A DNA stretch of 64,000 nt, from NCBI RefSeq assembly GCF_959020155.1, contig NZ_CAUERC010000003.1:72902-136901 (forward strand), read 5' to 3'. The stretch comes from an uncultured Bifidobacterium sp. Its GTDB lineage: Bacteria > Actinomycetota > Actinomycetes > Actinomycetales > Bifidobacteriaceae. Shown here one piece after another: positions 60,374-64,000 of this stretch (position 1 is the first letter of the stretch; each line of letters starts with the position of its first letter). Position numbers and translations under genes: made by a program. The notes under the pieces are model-generated. The model searched no databases, was not told the DNA's origin, and saw only the letters and a list, made by a program, of their open reading frames with translations.

Positions 60374-60594
60374 ATTGGCCGCCTTTCTTGCGTTTCGGAC
60401 CTGCCGGCCACGTGCTGGCTCAGCACGTTTCGCCGGTCGCCGGCCCTGTGAAAAAATTCGTCGATTCGAATATTGGTTCCTGCCCTAATGTACCGCGTGT
60501 CACGACGGTACCTGCGCATAAAGTTGCCTTGGTCAACAAAGACACACAAACAACACGCACCATCCCACCTTTCTCCCCGTGTGCGGCATGTCAA

Positions 60595-60616
60595 ACATGT
60601 CAATCGATTGACGTGT
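60595..60616. promoter_or_regulatory. Palindromic operator candidate
   Basis: ACATGTCAATCGATTGACGTGT with a perfect GTCAATCGATTGAC core, between divergent genes. Confidence 0.5.
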
Positions 60617-60751
60617 TCGGACGGCTGGGGCAGCGAGCTGGTATCGGAAGCGGTTAACCAATAATTCAGGGGAACCACCACCATCAGTCCGCACGCGACG
60701 CAAAGCTGCGGACGTCACGAGCGAAACCGTGAGCGGAAAGGAGCGGCAAGC

Positions 60752-62176
60752 ATGACCAACAATGTCCTCGTCGGCGTCAAAGACATCGGCCAACGTCTTT
60801 TCGGAGGGTATGCGGAGCTGCTTCGCATACCGCACACCGCGCGATTCTCCGTCGGATCGGTAATCGCCTGCATGCCGTTCCCAATGGTCGGCATGACGAT
60901 CACGATTTCCGTGCAGCATTACTACGGCAACTATTCGCTGGCGGGCGCGCTGACGGCCGTGCAGGCGATCGCGCTGGCCGTGGCGAGCCCGGTGCTCGGC
61001 AAGCTGGTCGACAAATTCGGTCAACGGCAGGTGTCGATTCCCACAATCATCGTGTGGATGGTGGCGGCGATCGCGCTGGTCTCCTGCATCACCGCACGCG
61101 TGCCGTCGTGGATCCTGTTCTGCATAGTGCCGTTCATGGCCGCGATTCCGCCGTGGGGCGCGATGAGCCGTCAACGTTGGACGACGCTGCTCAAGGGCGA
61201 TGCGGAGAAGACGAACCGTGCGCTGTCGCTGTCCGGCGTATTCGACGAGTGCATGTGGGTTATCGGCAATCCGCTGGCGTCCACATTGGCCGTGATCTCC
61301 GGACTGCTGGCGTTCTCGTTCACCGGCATGTGCGTGGTGATCGGCGCGCTGATGTTCCTGACGGAGCTTACGACCGAGCCGAAGTCGCAGACCCAGCTGG
61401 CCCGCGAGGCGGGCATGACCCGCAAGGAGTACCGCGAGCGCGAGGCCGCCCGGTCCAAGGCGCTGCAGGCCGAGGCCGCGGTGGAGTACGCGCGCAACAA
61501 GGCGCGTGCGGAAGGCAAGACGGCGGCCGAGGTGCAGGCTGCGATGGAGAAGGCCGAGGCGGAGGTGAAGGCCGGACGCAAGGAGTCGATCTGGGGTCCG
61601 GGCCTGATCGCGGTGTGTGTGACGTGGTTCGGCCTGGGCGCGTTCCAGTCGGCCGCCGGCATTTCGATCGTGGCATTCGCCACCGAGGCGCATATGAAGC
61701 AGTTCACGGGATTCGTGTTCGCCTGCTTCTCGTTCAGCTCTCTGATCGGCGCGCTCGTGTATGGTGCGAAAAATTGGACGATTCCACTGTGGAAGCGTTT
61801 CTACTTCTGTCTTGCGGTGGTGAATCTTGGAATCGGTTCGTTCATGTTCGCCAAGCATTTATGGGTGATCATGATCATCTACCTGTGCATCGGCGTCTGC
61901 CAGGCTCCGACGTGGGTGAACGGCAACCAGCTGATGCTGCACCTGGTTCCGCCCACACGTTTCACGGAGGGTATGGCTTGGATGGGCGCAATGAATTCGA
62001 TCGGCGGTTCGGTCGGTTCCGCGATCGCCGGACAGTTCATCGACCGCATGGGCTCGCGGGGCGGTTTCATTGTGGTGACGGCGTTGGCGTTGACGTCGCT
62101 GGCGATCGCGATGCTTGGTTTCAAGCAGATCAAAGAATCCACCGAACAGCCGACGCTTACCAACGTGAGTGTGTGA
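60752..62176 (+). CDS. MFS transporter
   Basis: Motif A GKLVDKFGQR; about 12 TM segments; charged central loop; GAAAGGAG SD. Confidence 0.88.
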   Translation: MTNNVLVGVKDIGQRLFGGYAELLRIPHTARFSVGSVIACMPFPMVGMTITISVQHYYGNYSLAGALTAVQAIALAVASPVLGKLVDKFGQRQVSIPTIIVWMVAAIALVSCITARVPSWILFCIVPFMAAIPPWGAMSRQRWTTLLKGDAEKTNRALSLSGVFDECMWVIGNPLASTLAVISGLLAFSFTGMCVVIGALMFLTELTTEPKSQTQLAREAGMTRKEYREREAARSKALQAEAAVEYARNKARAEGKTAAEVQAAMEKAEAEVKAGRKESIWGPGLIAVCVTWFGLGAFQSAAGISIVAFATEAHMKQFTGFVFACFSFSSLIGALVYGAKNWTIPLWKRFYFCLAVVNLGIGSFMFAKHLWVIMIIYLCIGVCQAPTWVNGNQLMLHLVPPTRFTEGMAWMGAMNSIGGSVGSAIAGQFIDRMGSRGGFIVVTALALTSLAIAMLGFKQIKESTEQPTLTNVSV

Positions 62177-62223
62177 ACCGTATAACCGAGCCGGCAATCC
62201 CAGGAAACGTACGCCAACCGCAG

Positions 62224-62271
62224 AAAGGCGCGTCCGAATCGCAATAAAAATCCGATTCGGACGCGCCTTTT
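62224..62271. terminator. Bidirectional terminator
   Basis: AAAGGCGCGTCCGAATCG / CGATTCGGACGCGCCTTTT. Confidence 0.8.
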
Positions 62272-62298
62272 CGTATGCCGTATACGAAACGCCGCCAG

Positions 62299-62859
62299 CT
62301 ACTTCGGCCAGCCCTTCGGCGTGTGCTCCAGCGACCAGACGCCCAGCTTGTGCGAGAAGCTGTTCTCCCACTTGGCTTCCAGCTCCTCCGGGCTCAGGCG
62401 GTTTTCCTTCTTCTTCAGACGGTTCGTGGCGTTGGTGTGCGTATCGTCCAACAACCACTTGCGCGTCACAAAGTTCCACACCATCACCACGGCGGTGGCG
62501 ATAAGCTTGCCCACGTTGGTACGGATCAGATATTCGGCGCTTTGAGAGACATACGCATCATGGTTCATGCCGTATGTGGAAATCCAGATGATGGCGTCGT
62601 TCATAAACAGGCCGATCACCGCGCCGACCACGAAGATGACGATCTCCATCCAGCGAGCCATGTCCTCACGATGCTTGAACACCATCTTCATGCTGGCGAC
62701 ATAGTTGAAGATCAACGAGATGATAAACGAGATGGTGGCGGCGAGCACGTTGTGCATGTGGAAGGCGCCGACGAGAATGTTTAGAATACCCCAGTCGATG
62801 ATGAAGGCGATCACACCCACAATGCCGAATTTCATAAGCTGTTCAATCAGTTTTCTCAC
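62299..62859 (-). CDS. GtrA family membrane protein
   Basis: QLMKFGIVGVIAFIIDWG, FNY...VF, K..AT..VMVWNF..RKW. Confidence 0.88.
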   Translation of the reverse strand: MRKLIEQLMKFGIVGVIAFIIDWGILNILVGAFHMHNVLAATISFIISLIFNYVASMKMVFKHREDMARWMEIVIFVVGAVIGLFMNDAIIWISTYGMNHDAYVSQSAEYLIRTNVGKLIATAVVMVWNFVTRKWLLDDTHTNATNRLKKKENRLSPEELEAKWENSFSHKLGVWSLEHTPKGWPK

Positions 62860-62942
62860 ACGGGATATTTAACACTCGCGCGCAGACCACCTAAACTTGG
62901 GTAACGAAGAACAATATATTTCAACGATTGCAAGGAGCAGCA

Positions 62943-63290
62943 ATGCCAGTCATCCACACGCACGTTTCCGTATCCACCACCCCTGGGCAGCGCGAGGCGC
63001 TGAAGACGGCCTACGGCAAGGCGATTTCTGCCGTTCCCGGCAAGTCTGAAGGCTGGCTGATGTGCCCGTTCGAAGACAATATGCCGATTTATTTCGGCGG
63101 TGACGATTCCAAGCCGGCCGCATACGTGGAAGTGAATGTGTTCGGCCGTTCCGTGCCGGGTTCCGCCTGGGAGAAGCTGACGGAGCAGATCATGGCCGCG
63201 CTGGGCAAGGAGCTGGGCATTCCGGCCGACCGCACATACATCCGCTACACCGCCACGACTGACTGGGGCTGGAACGGTGGAAACTTCTGA
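62943..63290 (+). CDS. MIF-like tautomerase
   Basis: Starts Met-Pro after an AAGGAG SD; PGKSEGWLM, PAAYVEV, LGIPADRTYI, WGWNGGNF. Confidence 0.88.
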   Translation: MPVIHTHVSVSTTPGQREALKTAYGKAISAVPGKSEGWLMCPFEDNMPIYFGGDDSKPAAYVEVNVFGRSVPGSAWEKLTEQIMAALGKELGIPADRTYIRYTATTDWGWNGGNF

Positions 63291-63402
63291 CGAAGTTCCA
63301 CCGTTCCTTCGAGGTTTGCCCATATTGCAAACCTCTCACCTCACCTACGGGAAGCACGTCTAGGAAGCTCGCCTGACTACGGCAGGGAAATCGCAATATC
63401 AG

Positions 63403-63560
63403 CACCCCCGACCGCTCACAAAAGCGAGAAACGGGCCTTTTCTACGGGACGTGAGCGAAAAGGGGTATGAAAACCGGCAAAATCGTCAGTAATCATACCC
63501 CCTTTTGCTCATAAGAGAGAAAAATCGCCCCATTCCGCAACTCGTGAGCAAAAGGGGGCG
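63403..63560. repeat. BIME-like array of alternating inverted repeats
   Basis: GCTCA at 63414 and 63507; GTGAGC(G/A)AAA.GGGG at 63451 and 63544; 93-bp period. Confidence 0.75.
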
Positions 63561-63614
63561 CACATGCAAGCACGCCCGCACCCACAAACGGACAACGTAA
63601 AGGTATCACCCACG

Positions 63615-63651
63615 AAAAAAAGCCGCCGGCCCGAACGGGACCAGCGGCTTT
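63615..63651 (-). terminator. Terminator after fhs
   Basis: AAAAAAAGCCGC...GCGGCTTT. Confidence 0.75.
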
Positions 63652-63730
63652 GTATTTACGCCGAATCAACGATTAGCGAGCGCCCTCGACGGTACGGGAC
63701 GTACCGCCACGCGGCGCAATCGCAAGAAAA

Positions 63731-64000
63731 TCAGACGATCTTCGGCATCGGGGTGGTCAGCGACGTGGTGAGGTTCACGTGCACCAGGCCCGCGCCGGAA
63801 TGCACTTCGACCTTCTTCAGCGTGACGGTGCGCTCGGCTTCCGGAGCGCGGTCGTTGTCGGTCATGGTGGCCGGGGACTTCACCGCGACCAGAGCAAGCG
63901 AGCCGAAATCGATGCCCGCGCTGGCGCACAGACCCTCGGCGGCCTGCAACGACTCGGCGAAACCGTCCTTCAGAATCACACGGTCGGCCGGAACGCCATA
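63731..64000 (-). CDS. fhs: Formate--tetrahydrofolate ligase, 3' end (runs off the window)
   Basis: AVKSPATMTDN and VTLKKVEVHSGAGLVHV resemble the Fhs C-terminal motifs AKT..S.SD and V.EV...AGAGF; only about 89 codons are visible. Confidence 0.65.
   Translation of the reverse strand, partial: YGVPADRVILKDGFAESLQAAEGLCASAGIDFGSLALVAVKSPATMTDNDRAPEAERTVTLKKVEVHSGAGLVHVNLTTSLTTPMPKIV

Noticed and set aside
28..62247. Many long antisense or alternate-frame ORFs (e.g. 2297-3913, 5740-7302, 13508-15271, 18086-19816, 45000-46598, 55357-57012)
   Set aside because: They are shadows of well-supported genes in high-GC DNA, with Arg/His/Gly-rich translations and no family motifs.

Overview
A GC-rich actinobacterial chromosome segment. 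Gene content and order point to Bifidobacterium (inference). It is mostly housekeeping: pncB, coaD-sepIVA-yceD-rpmF-rnc, ilvBN, an ABC-F ATPase, cysS, ffh, rpsP-khpA-rimM-trmD, rsmD-recG-rpmB, a gluconate operon, ddl-gpsA-plsC-murA, leuCD with an IclR/NdgR regulator, tRNA-Gln, tRNA-Glu, gltX and the 3' end of fhs. There are two accessory inserts. The first is an AT-richer island at about 8.26-12.98 kb (MFS, ArsR, NarL-type regulator, atypical kinase, lipoprotein) ending in an N-terminally truncated yafQ toxin. The second is a stand-alone Schlafen/AlbA_2-HATPase-wHTH gene next to leuD, a candidate defence nuclease. The non-coding DNA holds the least explained signals: four unrelated REP/MITE-like symmetric hairpin elements (one bracketed by a duplicated leuD 3' end, one with a 15-bp copy inside a coding linker), a recurrent intergenic AATCGCA motif, a putative NdgR box shared by ilvB and leuC, and many apparently leaderless genes. 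No CRISPR array, rRNA, integrase or transposase was seen. All family calls come from recognising motifs by eye, not from database searches.
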